DNA of 64,000 nt from the human T2T-CHM13v2.0 reference genome, Homo sapiens (GCF_009914755.1 NC_060947.1), one strand, 5' to 3'. Positions 41,988-55,367 are shown, numbered from the stretch's first letter. Program-made: numbers and translations. Notes: generated by a model not told the origin, from the sequence alone.

Positions 41988-42363
41988 AAAATGCAGATTT
42001 CCAGGCCCTACCCTGAACCTACTGAAAAAAAAATTTTAAGTAAACCAGAAATCTATATTTTTATAACATCCCCTGGTGATTCTGATGCTTGCTGAAGTTA
42101 AGGGTGCACCTATCAAGGTAGATGAATCATAAAATCTTCCATCTAACTGGGAAAAGCAGAGTGAGATTGATAACACCATTTACATAAATTTAAAAAATGC
42201 AGATTTTTCAAGAACACAAAAAGATATACATTGGCTACCTTAGAATGGTTGGCTGCAATGAAAATAAGAGAAAGAGAGACAGAGACAGAGAAACAGAGAG
42301 GGAATGCCCTAGGGAGAGGTTCTAGAGCAGTTCTTGAGAGCAAGATCCTACCTTTTAACTCAC

Positions 42364-42506
42364 CAAGGAGAGAAAGGAATCATTTTGTCATTTTTCCAGC
42401 TTGCCCATTCTAGTTTTAGAACTGGCCTGGTCTTGCTGTTTAACAGTGGTCCCTTCCAATGTCATGCAAGCCCAGCACTTTCCGATCTATCATGGGGACT
42501 TCCAAA
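42364..42506 (-). pseudogene. Possible exon (143 nt), frameshifted and stop-containing
   Basis: ctggttttgttgctaaag| ... ttg|gtgagt; needs a 1-nt frameshift to link the phase-2 upstream exon to the phase-0 downstream exon. Confidence 0.35.
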
Positions 42507-42664
42507 CTTTAGCAACAAAACCAGAGAGTAGAGTGTTTGTGACTGGCTACTGAAGTGACTCCCCAGGGAGAACTGAAGAATTTAGGTCTCAGTTTCAATT
42601 GAGTCAATTATTCACTGATTGCTTTTGTGCCCTGTCTCCCTCTAAAAAACAAATAAACAACAAT

Positions 42665-42669
<5 letters not shown>

Positions 42670-42698
<29 letters not shown>
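42670..42698. repeat. Poly(A) run
   Basis: About 28 consecutive A. Confidence 0.95.
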
Positions 42699-42701
<3 letters not shown>

Positions 42702-42871
42702 ATTAAACCCTTCCAATTCCTGAGCTGTTTACAGAAAAAAAAAATCAGGCTAATTAGCAACTGAGAGCATGTATTAAGAACCTTCAATTAAATCTATTGT
42801 GTTATAATTTTTGTCTAACCCTGCTGGAATATAAATCCTTAATATAGTAACCTGTGAATTATCCCTCTTCA

Positions 42872-43085
42872 CCAGTGGTTCTCCAAGTGTTGTCCCCGGA
42901 CCGCTGCACTTGCAGCACCTGAGAACTTATTAGAAATGCGAATCTGGGGACAACACTCCAGACCTAATGAATAAAATCTGCATTTTAACAAGCTCCCTAG
43001 AGGACTTGTCCTGAGGGTATGGCCTAGCGATCTTGAATTCAGCATACCCTTTATGTGCTTCTGGTGCACTGAACTACTGAACCCC
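42872..43085. mobile_element. MER5A-like element
   Basis: cagtggttctccaagtg...gcacctgagaacttattagaaatgc...tctgcattttaacaagctccc. Confidence 0.75.
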
Positions 43086-43258
43086 TGCTCTACACTTAAG
43101 AAGGATGCCACTACTATTGCCTCTCCCAGTTAACTTCCTTGTTAGCTGGAGTGGTAGGTCATTCTCAACTGGGTCAAGGAAGGGATGAAACCCTCTGAAA
43201 GTCCCAAGAATAAGATCTTTTCTAAAAGATTGCTGTGTTTTAAAAAGACTGAACTCAC

Positions 43259-43407
43259 TTGTCTTGTGTCAGGAGCATCCACAGTTCTTCTATGTTATTA
43301 GAAGATGAGATCCTGAACTCCACGTCGCAATACACTGCTGTCTCGTAATGGAAAAGGGGCCACTTTGAGCTTACAAAAGTTTCTCTAGCTAGTTTGGCAT
43401 ATTCGAG
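43259..43407 (-). pseudogene. Candidate coding exon (149 nt, phase 0-2)
   Basis: ttttacatag| ... aa|gtgagt; single open frame LEYAKLARETFVSSKWPLFHYETAVYCDVEFRISSSNNIEELWMLLTQD; retains 4 CpGs. Confidence 0.65.
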
Positions 43408-44184
43408 CTATGTAAAATTGTAGAGAAGTACCTTTGTAACTTTAGGGTACTAAGGAGCTGATAAGAACAGCAATTTATCTCAGGACTTTATCTCTCTCTA
43501 CTCTCCCATTCATGTAAATTATTAGGAAATGATATCCTGAAAAAGTCTGAGTCTGTTGCCTTTTCATCACAGTATTTTACAACAGGCCACAAATTCAATT
43601 GCCTGTATGTACAAAATGGGTAACATAAATGAATATTGTGGGTCTGTCATCAGAAAACCTGACACTAAGCCTCCTCTATGTCAGAGAGCAAAAAAAAAGT
43701 AGTGAGGACTGTGGAACCAGCTGCTACTAAGCTCCAGCTGATTGTAGACAGATGTAAATGATTTTCATATGAAATTCCTGAATTTTTAAGTGCTGGCCTC
43801 AAAACTACAACTCCATGAAAGCCAAATAAAATATTTCGTCTTGTGAACCAACTAGTTTGGATTTCTGCTTTACGTTGAAGAGGGCTTGGGTGTCCTCAGG
43901 CAGTCTTCTTATTCCCCAAACCAGTATCTTTAACTAAACTGTGTAATCTACATGTAAAAGCCACTCCACCTCTATGGCCCAGTGACAGGTTTGGATTTTA
44001 AGCTCTTAGTGACTGGTGGTTAGGTTTTTGTGATAGAATCTGTGAAAAATGGGGGTAGATAGAGATGCTTCTCCCTGGCCCTCTTCCTCTGTGTCTGTAT
44101 TTACATTTGTTGCAACCTTTCAAAACTGGTTCTCCTTGCAAGGGGGAAATGCCACTAACTCCTAAATGAGGCTATTCCACAAAA

Positions 44185-47100
44185 GAAAATATAAACAGAG
44201 ATAAATTCAAACCAAAATGAGTTACCACTATTCCCCCACCAAATGGCTAAAATAAAGAAGACTGACAAGACCAAGTGATGGGGAGGATGTAGAACAGCTG
44301 GAATTCTCATATGTTGTTATTGGAAATTTAAATTCGTTCAACCACTTTGGAAAAATTTGGTATTATCTGTTAAGGTTCAACATATGTCTCTCCTGTGGTT
44401 CCTATCCTAGATATTTACCCAGGATAATTTAGCTTATATGACTATCCAAAGCCTTGTTGCAAATGTTCACAGCCATTTTATTCATAAGAGCCAAAAACTG
44501 GCAACAACCCAAATATTCATGAATAGTAGAATGGATAAATTGTGAGATTAGGTATAGATATATTTATAGATATTGTTTGGCTCTGTGTCCCCACTCAAAT
44601 CTCATCTTGAATTGTACTCCCATAATTCCCACATGTCATGGGAGGGACCTGGTAAGAGATAATTTTTGAATCATGGGGGTGGTTTCCTCCATACCGCTCT
44701 TGTGGTAGTGAATAAGTTTCACGAGATCTGATGGTTTTATCCAGGGTTTCTGCTTTTACATCTTCCTCATTCTCTCTTTGCCTGCTGCCATCCATGTAAG
44801 ATGGGACTTGCTCCTCCTTGCCTCCTGCTGTGATTGTGAGACTTCCTCAGCCACATGGAGCTGCAAGTCCAATTAAACCTCTTTTGTAAATTATCCAGTC
44901 TCAGGTATGTCTTTATCAACGCATGAAAACAGGACTAATACTGTAAATTGGTACCAGCGGAGTGGGGTGTTGCTGAAAAGATACCCAAAAATGTGGAAGC
45001 GACTTTGGAACTGGGTAACAGGCAGAGGTTGCAATGGTTTGGAGGGCTCAGAAGAAGACAGGAAAATGTGGGAAAGGCTGGAACTTCCTAGAGATTTGTT
45101 GAATGGCTTTGCCCAAAATGCTGACAGCGATATGGATAATAAGATCCAGGCTGAGGTGTTCTCAGATGGAGATGAGGAACTTGTTGGGAACTGGAGCAAA
45201 GATGACTCTCGTTATGTTTTAGCAAAGAGACTGGTAGCATTTTGCCCCTGCCCTACAGATTTGTGGAACTTTGAACCTGAGAGAGAGGATTTAGGGTATC
45301 TGGCAGAAGAAATTTCTATGCAGCAAAGCATTTAAGAGGTGACTTGTTTCTGGTAAAAGCATTCAATTTTAAAAGGGAAACAGAGCATAAAACTTTGAAA
45401 AATTTGCAGCCTGACAATGTGGTAGAAAAGAAAATCCCATTTTCTGAGAAGAAATTCAAGTCAGCTGCAGATATTTGCATAAGTAATGAGGAGCCAAATG
45501 TTAATCCCCAAGACAATGGAGAAAATGTCTCCAGGGCGTCAAAGATCTTCATGGCAGCCACTCCTATCACAAGCCCAGAGTCCTAGTAGGAAAAAGTGGT
45601 TTCCTGGGCCAGGCACAGGGGTCCTCAAGCTGTGTGCAGCCAAAGGACTTGGTGCCCTGTGTCCCAGCTGCTCCAGCTGTGGCTGAAAAGGAATAATGTA
45701 GAGTTCTAGCCATGGCTTCAGATGGTGCAAACTCCAAGCCTTGGCAGCTTCCATGTGGTCTTGAGCCTGTGGGTGCACAGAAGTCAAGAATTGAGGTTTG
45801 GGAACCTCTGCCTAGATTTCAGAATGTGTGGAAATGCCTGGATGCCCAGGCAAAAGTTTGCTGCATGGGCTGGGCTTTCATGGGGAAACTCTGCTAGGGC
45901 AGTGCGGAAGGGAAATGTGGGATCGCAGCTCCCACACAGATTTCCTACTGGGGCACCACCTAGTGGAGCTGTGAGAAGAGGGCCACCATCCTCCAGACCT
46001 AAGAATGGTAGATCCACTGACAGCTTGCACCGTGTGCCTGGAAAAGCCACAGACACTCAACACCAGCCCATGAAAGCAGCCAGGAGGGAGGCCGTACCCT
46101 GCAAAGCCACAACGGCAGAGCTGCCCAAGACCATGGGAACCCACCTTTTGCATCAGCGTGACCTGCATGTGAGACATGGATTCAAAGGAGATCATTTTGG
46201 AGCTTTAAGATTTGACTGCACCGCTGGATTTTGGACTTGCATGGGTCCTGTAGCCTCTTTGTTTTGGCCAATTTCTACCATTTGGAATAGTTGTATTTAT
46301 CCAATGTCTGTACCCTCATTATATCTAGGAAATAACTAGCTTGCTTTTGATTTCATAGGCTCATAGTCAGAAGGGAGTTGCCTTGTCTGGGATGAGACTT
46401 TGGACTGTGGACCGTTAAGTTAACACTGAAATGAGTTAAGACTTTGGGGGACTGTTGGGAAGGCAGGATTGGTTTTTTGGCAGGGGCCAGGGGCAGAATG
46501 ATATGGTTTGGCTCTGTGTACCCACCCAAATCTCATGTTGAATTGTACTCCCATAATTCCCGTATGTTTTGGGAGGGACCCAGTGGGAGATAATTGAATC
46601 ATGGGGGCAGTTTCCTCTATACTGTTCTCGTGGCAGTGAATAAGTCTCACGAGATCTGATGGTTTTATCAGGGGTTTCTGCTTTTGCATCTTCCTCATTC
46701 TCTCTTTGCCTGCTGCCATCCATGTAAGACGGGACTTGCTCCTCCTTGCCTCCCACCATGATTGTGAGGCTTCCCCAGCCACATGGAGCTGTAAGTCCAA
46801 TTAAACCTCTTTCTTTTGTAAATTACCCAATCTCAGGTATGTCTTTATCAGCAGTGTGAAAATGGAGTAATACATATATACATACATATATATACATATA
46901 CACACATATTACATATATACACACACGATGGAATATAGTACAGTATTTAAAAAACAAACTACTGATGTATCTTAAAACATAGATATATGTCAAAAACATC
47001 ATGCTAAGGGAAAGGAGTCACAATAAAAGTACACACTGAATGATTCCATTCATATGAAATTCAAGAGCATGCTAAATTCAATTTGTGATAATAAAAGTGA

Positions 47101-47215
47101 GAACCATGGTTATTTCTTGGGGGCAGTATTGGACTAAAGGAAACTTGTGGGATGCTGTAAATGTCCTATATCTTCATCAGAGTGGTGATTACAAGAATGT
47201 ACACATGTGTCAAAT
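44185..47215 (+). mobile_element. Old L1M 3' region interrupted by THE1C
   Basis: ORF2 C-terminal and 3'UTR motifs on both sides (aaactggcaacaacccaaat; tgattccattcatatgaaattc). Confidence 0.7.
44568..46874 (+). mobile_element. Full THE1 (THE1C-like) element: LTR 44568-44942, internal, LTR 46499-46874
   Basis: Two ~375-bp LTRs; MaLR ORF remnants (44907-46339); TSD tttat/tatat. Confidence 0.93.
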
Positions 47216-47408
47216 GAAAATCTGGGAAAAAGAAACAGGCCATGACCCAAGAGGAATTATATATCACCAATAAGCCTATGCAAAAAATAAAATAGCTGCC
47301 ATTAATAAAGGAAATATCAAATAAAACAGAATACTACAATATACTGGTTTTTAATCCAAACTAGTAATTTTGCTGGGATGGGATGATAGTGGAGGAGTGT
47401 AAACTCTT

Positions 47409-47409
<1 letters not shown>

Positions 47410-47449
<40 letters not shown>

Positions 47450-47522
47450 GTGTGTATATATAATATACAAAGATGTGTGTGTATATATATATAAGATACA
47501 CACACATATGAACATATATATA
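47410..47522. repeat. (CA)n/(TG)n/(TA)n compound microsatellite
   Basis: About 15 CA units plus TA/TG tracts. Confidence 0.9.
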
Positions 47523-48073
47523 AAGTTTGTTTTGTTTGATTACAATGAACTCAAATTACTTTTTTAATTCAAAAAGCAAGTAAAATAAAAAATAAATCTC
47601 CCCCAAATTAAATGAAGGAGCAAAGCAAATGTAAAAAAGCTTATTCCATTTTGTACAGAGCTTCTGGCTGCTTAAAGTGGAACAGTCTAGGTTCTTTCTA
47701 TGCTGCACTAATAGCATACTTTAGTGGCAGCATAGTCAAGGACAGAAAGATAGAAAAAGAATCCAGGATCACCACACCTAGTCTATCCCTCAAAACCACT
47801 ATACTCTTTCTTGCTTGCAGAAATCATCGTAAACATGAAAGAGGAGTTAATTAGGTTGGCCAAATGTTTTTATTTCTCAGCTGCATAAGCTAGACCACAC
47901 ATTCCCAGAGTTGAAGACCCATAGAAGATTGATGCTTACAGATTACCTAATCCAATTTTTTTTATTTTACATATAGAGGCCAAGAGAGATAAAATAATTG
48001 TCTAAAACTGTGAAGTTATTCCCAAGTGTTCTGATTCCAAGTCCAGTAGTAACATATAGGATAAGATTGGAGC

Positions 48074-48425
48074 ATGTATTATGGTATGCCACAGAAAGCA
48101 AATAAATAGAATGTATATGTATAGAGAAAGAGATGTATTATAAGAAATTGATTCATACGTTTATGGAGGCTGACAAATTTCCAGATCTGCTGGATGAGTC
48201 AGCAAGCTGGAGACCCAGGAGAGCCAATGATATAGTTCCAATCTGGATCCAAAGTCATGAAAACCAGGAAAACTGATGATGTAGTTCTAGTCTGAAGGAT
48301 GACAAGCTTAAGATCCCAGCAAAACTGATGTTTCACTTTGAGTCTGAAGGCAGGAAAAAGCCAATGACCCAGCTCAAAGGCATTCAGACAAGAGGAATGT
48401 TCTCTTAATTGGGAAAGGGTCAGTC
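48074..48425 (-). mobile_element. MLT2 (ERV-L) LTR fragment
   Basis: ttataagaaattgattcat...tggaggctgac...agcaagctggagacccaggagagcc. Confidence 0.75.
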
Positions 48426-49400
48426 TTTTTTTAACTTCTTTATTTCAATTTTTGTCGGTATGTAGTAGGTGTATATTTGTGGGGTACATGAGATATTTTC
48501 ATTCAGGCATGCAATGTATAATAATCATATCATGAAAAATAAGGTATCCCTTCCCTCAAGCATTTATTTTTTGTGTTACCAACAATCCAGTTATACTCTT
48601 AGTTATTTTAACATGTATAATTACATGATATTGACTATAGTCACCCTGTTGTGCTATCAAATATTAGGTCTTATTCATTCTTTCTATTTTTTATACCCAT
48701 TAACAATTCCCACCTCATCCCCCACCCCCCATTACCCTTCCCAGCCTCTAGTAGCCATCCTTCTTTTATCTATCTCTATGAGTTCATTTGTTTTAATTTT
48801 TAGCTTCCACAAGTAAGTGAGAACATGTAAAGTTTGTCTTTCTGTGCCTTGCTTATTTCATTTAACATAATGACCTCTGGTTCCATCCATGTTGTTGCAA
48901 ATAACAGTATGTAATTTTTTTGGCTAAATATTACTTCATTATGTATAAGTACCATATTTTCATGGTCCATTCATCTGTTAATGGACACTTAGGTTGTTTC
49001 TAAATCTTGGCTATTGTGAACACTGCTGCAACAAATATGTGAGTGCAGATATCTCTTGGATATACTGATTTCCCATCTTCTGAGTATATACCTAGCAGTA
49101 AGATTGCTGGGTTCTACGGTAGCTCAATTTTTAGTTTTTTGAGGAACCTTCAAACTGTTCTCCACAATGGTTGTACTAATTCCACATTCCCACAAACAGC
49201 GTACAAGGGTTGCCTTTTCTCCACATCCTTGACAGCATTTTTTATTGCCTGTCTTTTGGATATAAGCCATTTAACTAGAGTGAGATGATATCTAGTTGTA
49301 GTTTTGATTTGCATTTCTCTAATAATCAATTATGTTGAGCATCTTTTCGTTTGCCTGTTTTCTATTTGTATGTGTTCTTTGGAGAAATGTCTATTCAAAT
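48426..49400 (-). mobile_element. L1MA-type 3' fragment
   Basis: gggtacatgagatattt... 3'UTR and ORF2 C-terminus. Confidence 0.85.
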
Positions 49401-49590
49401 TACAAAATAAACATGTATCTCAGATGAGAGGTAGAATGATTGTAGAAGATGGAGAAGTTTGCAAAATCTATTTCCACTATGCCTTTACCACAGCATATCA
49501 GATCAGCAGGGGTGAAAGCAGAACTGGCTGTCTGGGAGACTGAGTCAGCTTTTCTTGGTGTACTTCTTGGAAAGGATCACTATCACTTAC

Positions 49591-49719
49591 TTTCCCCACA
49601 TATTCTTGCTGAAGTCAACCATTGCTTTCCATTTCTCTGACCATTTGTGGTCAGAGCCTGTCCTTCCACCATCTCAGATGAGTTCTCACTGACATGGGCC
49701 ACTCAGGGGATTTTATGCA
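49591..49719 (-). pseudogene. Candidate exon (129 nt, phase 0-0) with two TGA stops
   Basis: (t)n gccag| ... aaa|gtaagt; CIKSPEWPMSVRTHLRWWKDRL*PQMVREMESNG*LQQEYVGK; an alternative acceptor at 49772-49773 is possible. Confidence 0.6.
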
Positions 49720-49847
49720 CTGGCAAAAAAAAAAAAAAAAAAAAATGCAGATCCTTGTTCAGGATCAGCTTCTGGATAGATGGGAGTTTAGAAAAAGAGT
49801 GGGAATGAAAGAGTTTGGGGAAACAGAGTTGTATCCAGCAAAGCCAC

Positions 49848-50338
49848 CTATATCTTATATCACAACACTATCACAAAGGGGCCCTGTTGAAAGGCATGAC
49901 CCCCTGGGAACTTGCCCAAGAAAGCCAGGCAGTCCAGGGAGCCAAACTCCAACCAACCACAGTGGCCCCTGGGACCTTTCTCAGCCACGGTTTTCCCAAG
50001 AGCATGTCTGTGTGCTCAGGTTGGGTTGTAAATGACTAGTGATATTGACCACTTGGAGGAGAAAATACCCACTATCAAGGCATTGAAAACTGTTGCCATT
50101 CATTTGTAGCAGTTGTTTTATTTCTTTTTCTCACAGAAAACCTCAAAGACTTTTGAAAAACAATGTATTCCCTGGTACATGTTTAGGCTAACATCTAATT
50201 TGTATCATAAGTTTAAATAGATGAAAAGGATATCCTATCAGACATATTGAAAATACCGACTTGTCAAATAAAGCTGCTATATCACCACTCTAAGTGTGTC
50301 CAGTGGAAGCTAACTACCACAGAGATTTGATATCCAAC
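49848..50338 (-). pseudogene. Candidate large exon with degenerate NTase-like motifs
   Basis: WISNLCGS (frameshift) LASTGHT*SGDIAALF ... HVPGNTLFF ... CLDSGYFL ... QQGPFV; several stops; weak splice sites. Confidence 0.4.
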
Positions 50339-52830
50339 CTTAACCATTTAAAAACATGTAGAACATCAGCAAGATAGTGGAATACAAGCTCCCCAGTACT
50401 AGTTTCCCCACAAAAATACCATTTTAACAACTATCCATGCATAAGAATGCCTGTATGAGAATTCTGGAACCCAAGGGAAAGGTTACAGCACCCTAGGAGA
50501 GCACCAAAACTAAGAAAAACAACATTTAAAAGGCAAAAACACCCATGACAATTTGTTCAAATAGACCTTCCCCAAGTTGGCACAGTACAGTGCCTAGAAA
50601 GATATCTTCAGCCTATGATTTCTCCAGTGAAGAAAAGAGAGACTGAAGTGGATATCTAACTTCCTTCCAGGGCACTGCCCAAGAGGTTCATTCTGTCTCC
50701 CTTAATGAAAAACATTTGGGCAATTAGAAGAGCTGACAAATTCAGGGACAGCTAGAAATAAAGAAAAGTGGCAGGAGCTCTCAGTGGATGCTGCACACAG
50801 ATTTTGGCAGTAGCTCCACAGTACCCATCAGTGGCCTCACCCAAATGCAATCCCTGCCATCAGCCCTCCAAAAGTATGCCCTCTACTATCTGGCCCTGCT
50901 TGAATGCAAAGCCCTGCCAGCTGCTCCACCTGAACATGAAAAAACCCTCAACAGTGGCCTTGCTCAAATGCAAAGCCTTGTCAGTAACACCAGCAAAACA
51001 TGGAAATCAGCCTGCTGGCCCTGTCTGACCATGAAGCCCCTCCAGCTGGCCTTGTTCAACTGCACACACCAGAAGGAGGCCCTATACCCTCCAAAGACCA
51101 TGATGACAGGCCCTGAACATCATCAGGCCCATGCAGCAGACCTCGCCCACCTATGGATCACACTAGTTGGCCTGCCCAGAATCCCAGTCTTGGATAACTG
51201 GGGAGAGTCTTTCCCTGCCAAAGCCAGTCTGTAAAGACTGGAAGAGGTGACTACTTTTTCAAATTTGCAAACACCAACACAAGAATACAAGGATTACAAA
51301 GAATCAGGGAAACATGACATCACCAAATAAACAAATAAATAAATAAATAAATATATAAAGCTCCAGTATCTGACTTTTAAGAAATAGATATCTACAAATT
51401 TCCTGAGAAATATTTCAAAATAACCATCCTAAGCAAGCTCAGTGAGCTGAAAGATAACACAGATAGATATCAAAATAAAATCAGAAAAACAAAAGCATGA
51501 ACAAAATGAGAAGTTCAACAAAGAAATAGAAACCACAAAATAAAACCAAATAAAAATCATGGAGCTGAAGAACATACATAACTGAACAGAAGATTTAAAA
51601 GAAAACTTCAACAGCAGACCCAATCAAGCAAAAGAAAGAATTAGTGAACTCAAAGACAGGACATTTTAAATTATCCAGTCAGAGGAATAAAAAGATAAAA
51701 TAATGAAAAAAGTGAAGAAAGCCTATGGGACTTATGAGACACCATCAAGCAAAATAATAAATGCAAAATGTGAGTCTCAGAAGGAGAAGAGAAAGAGAAA
51801 GAAGATGAAACATTTTTTATAGCAATAGTTATTGAAAACTTCCCAAAGCTGGGGAGGTAAATGAACGTCCAGATACATCAAGAAATATATTTTCCAAATT
51901 GGTTAAACTTTCAGAGGTCCACACCAAGACACATTATAATCAAATTGTCAAAATTCAAAATTAAAGAATTTTGAAAACAGAAAGAGAAAAATGATTTGTC
52001 ATCTGCAAGGGAGCCTCTATAAGAATATAAATGCATTTCCGACAGAAGCCTTCCAGGCTAAGAGAGAGTGCAATGATACAGTCAAAGTACTGAAAGAAAA
52101 AAAAAAAACTGCATTCTAAGAATACTATACCCAGAAAAACTGTCCTTAAAAATGAAGTAGAGCTAAAGACTTGTCCAGATAAACAAAAAAGCAAGAAGTT
52201 TGTCACCACTATACTTACCTTACAAGAAATACTATAGGGAGTTCTTCAAGTTTGAAAGAAACAAACTTTGAACTGCAACACAACTCATATGAGTAGAAAT
52301 CTCACTGCTAAAGGTAAATATATAAGAAAACACAAAACATGGTAATAATGTAATGGTTGCACATAGGTCACTTTTAATCCTGGTATAAAAGTTAAAAGAC
52401 AAAAATATTTAGAATAACCACAAGAATGTGTTGATTCATGCACAATATTTTTCAAAAGTAAACTCTAACATAAATAATATAAAGTTTGTGTGGGGGGATA
52501 AATGGCTACAGTTTTGTATGCAACAAAAGTTAATTTATTATTAGCTTTAAATAGACTGTTATAACTATAAGGGGTTCAATGTCAGCCTCATGGTAACCAC
52601 AAGAAAAAAAAACTGATAATAGATACACAATAGATAAACAGAAAATAATCAAAGCATATCCCCACAAAAAGTTGTCAAACCAGAAAGAAAGACATCAAGA
52701 GAAGAGAGGAACAATAGAAGTACAAATCAAACAGAAAAAAAAAATGACATGGCAAGAGTGAAACCTTCCCTATCAGTAATTCCATTAAATGTAAATGAAT
52801 TAAACTATACAGTGGTTGAATAAATTTTTT

Positions 52831-53256
52831 CCGTCAACTTTTCTTTTAAGTTCCAGGGTACATGTGCAGGATGTACAGGTTCATTACATAGGTAAACGTG
52901 TGCCATGGTGATTTGCTGCACTGATCAACCCATCACCTAGGTATTAAGCCCAGCATCCATTAGCTATTCTTCCTGATGCTCGCCCTCCCCTCACCTCCTG
53001 ACAGACTCAAGTGGGTGTTGTTTTCCCCATGTGTCCATGTGTTCTCATTATTCAGCTTCCACTTGTGAGAACATGCAGTGTTTGGTTTTTTGCTCCTGTG
53101 TTAGTTTGCTGAGGATAACAGCTTCCAGCTCCATCCATGTCCTTGCAAAGGACATGATCTCATTCCTTTTTATGGCTGGATAGTATTCCGTGATGTATAC
53201 GTGCCACATTTTCTTTATCCAGTCTATCACTGATGGGCATTTGGGTTGATTCCATG
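52831..53256 (-). mobile_element. 5'-truncated L1PA 3' end nested in L1M
   Basis: TSD gaat(a/g)aatttttt at 52818-52830 and 53257-53269. Confidence 0.88.
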
Positions 53257-54805
53257 GAATGAATTTTTTGAAAAGACCCAACTACATGCTGTCTATAAGA
53301 GACTCACCTTAGATTTAAGAACACACATAAGCTAAAAAAGAACAGATGAAAATATTCTATGGAAATTATGATCAAAAGAGCACTGGGGTGGCTATACTTA
53401 TATCAGACAAAATAGATTTTAAGTAATAGACTCTCTAGAGACAAAGATGTTCATTATGTGGTGAAAAAAGCTTGAATTCAAAAGAAAGATATAACAACTA
53501 TAAAAATATACCCTAACATTAAAGCACCCAAACATATAAAGCAAATATTGATGGATCTGAAGGGAAAAATAGATAGCAAAAAAATAGGAACTTCAATACT
53601 CTATTTTTGCTAATGGATAGATTATCCAGACAGAAAATCAGTAAGGAAATAGCAAACTTGAACAACACTATAGATCAAATGAACTTAACATATACAGAAC
53701 ATTCTACCAAATAGTAGCAGAATACATATTCTTTTCAAGTGCACACAGAATATTTTATAGGGTAGATCACATGCTAGGTAACATAAAACGTCTTAACAAA
53801 TTAAAGAAGTTTGAAATAATTTTAAGTGTCTTTTTCACCCAAACTGGAATAAAACTATAAATCCCTAACACAATTAGATAAAGAAAACTCACAAATACAT
53901 GGAAATTAGACAACATGCTCTTAAACAACCATTTGAACAAAGAAGAAATAAAAAAAAATCTCAAAAAATGAAAATAAAAACACAACATCCCAAAACTTAT
54001 GAGATACAGCAAGTGCATTATTAGAAGGGAATGTTATAGTGATAAATGCCTACATTTAAAAAAGAAAAAAGGTCTCAATTAAACAAACTAACTTTAAAAC
54101 TCAAGAAACTATAAAAAGAAAAACAAAGTGAGGACAAATTTAGCAGAAAAAAGGAAATAATAAAAGTTGGAGCTGAAATAAATGAAAGAGAATAAAAAAG
54201 AGTTTAAAAATCAATGAAACTAAGAGGTGGGTTTTTGAAAAGATAAAATTTACAAACCCTTAGCTAGACTAAGAAAGAAAGAGAGAAGGCTCACATAAAT
54301 AAAATCAGAAATGAAAAATGAGGCATTACAACTTATGCCAAGAAAATTTTTAAAAGATCAGAAGGAATTGTTATGAAAGATTTTACACCAACAAATTGAA
54401 CAACTTAGAAGAAATTGATAATTTCCTAGACATAAACATCCTACAAAGACTGATTTAAGAAGAAATAGAAACCCTGAACAAACCAATAGCAAATATAGAA
54501 ATTGAATGGGTAATCAAAAAACTTCCAAACAACAGAAAGCTCAGGACCAGATGCCTTTATGTATGAATTCTTCCGAACATTTAAAGAATTAGTATGAAAC
54601 TTGTTAAACTCTTCCAAAAAATAGAACAAGGAACATTTCTGAACTCATTTTATGCAGCCAGCATCACTGATACCAAAGCCAATGACACCACACACAAAAA
54701 AAGAAAACTACAGGTCAATAGCTCTGACGAACATGGATGCAAAAATTCTCAACAATATATTAGTAAACTGAATTCAACAGCACTTGAAAAGGATCATACA
54801 CTATA

Positions 54806-55191
54806 TGTGCTAGTCCATTTGCGTTGCTATAAAGAAATACCTGAGGCTGGATAATTTATAAATAAAGCAGGTTTAATTGGCTCACAGTTCTGCAGACTGT
54901 ACAAACATGGCACCAGCATCTGCATGGCTTCTGGTAAGCCCTCATGGTGGAAGGCAATGCATGAATCAGCATATTACATGGTGAGAGCAGGAGCAAGAGT
55001 GAGGGGAGGTGCCACATATTTTAAACAAGCAGATCTCACAATAACTCACTCACTACTGCAAGGACAGCCCCAATCTGTTCATGAGGAATCCACCCCCATA
55101 ACCCAAACACCTCCCACCAGGCCCTACTTCCAACATTGGGGATTACATTTCAACATGAGATTTGGAGGGAACAAACATCCAAATCACATCA
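54806..55191 (-). mobile_element. MST solo LTR nested in L1M
   Basis: tgtgctagtccatttgcgttgctataaag...caaatcacatca; host L1 resumes at ccatga. Confidence 0.85.
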
Positions 55192-55367
55192 CCATGATAT
55201 AGTGGGATATCCCAGGGATGCAAGGATGGTTCAACATACACAAATCAATAAATGTGACACACCACATTGGTAGAAAGAAGGGCAAAAATCATGTGTTTGT
55301 CTCAATAGATGCACAAAAAGTATTTGAGAAAATTCAAAACCCTTTCGGGATAAAAACAGTCAACAAA

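Larger units (their letters stand above)
40630..42100. mobile_element. MER5A-like element split by the retrocopy and the L1M stub
   Basis: ggaagcttgttaaaatgcagatt ... ccaggccctaccctgaacctactgaa...cccctggtgattctgatgc. Confidence 0.7.

Noticed and set aside
42190-42210. Fourth aaaatgcagattt copy (a similar one is at about 49742)
   Set aside because: It does not bound any insertion and is treated as chance in AT-rich DNA.
44907-46339. 142-aa and 205-aa ORFs
   Set aside because: They are fragments of the standard THE1 internal ORF, broken by stops and frameshifts.
50768-51234. 148-aa ORF with weak internal repeats
   Set aside because: It lies in the repetitive 5'UTR of the old L1M element.
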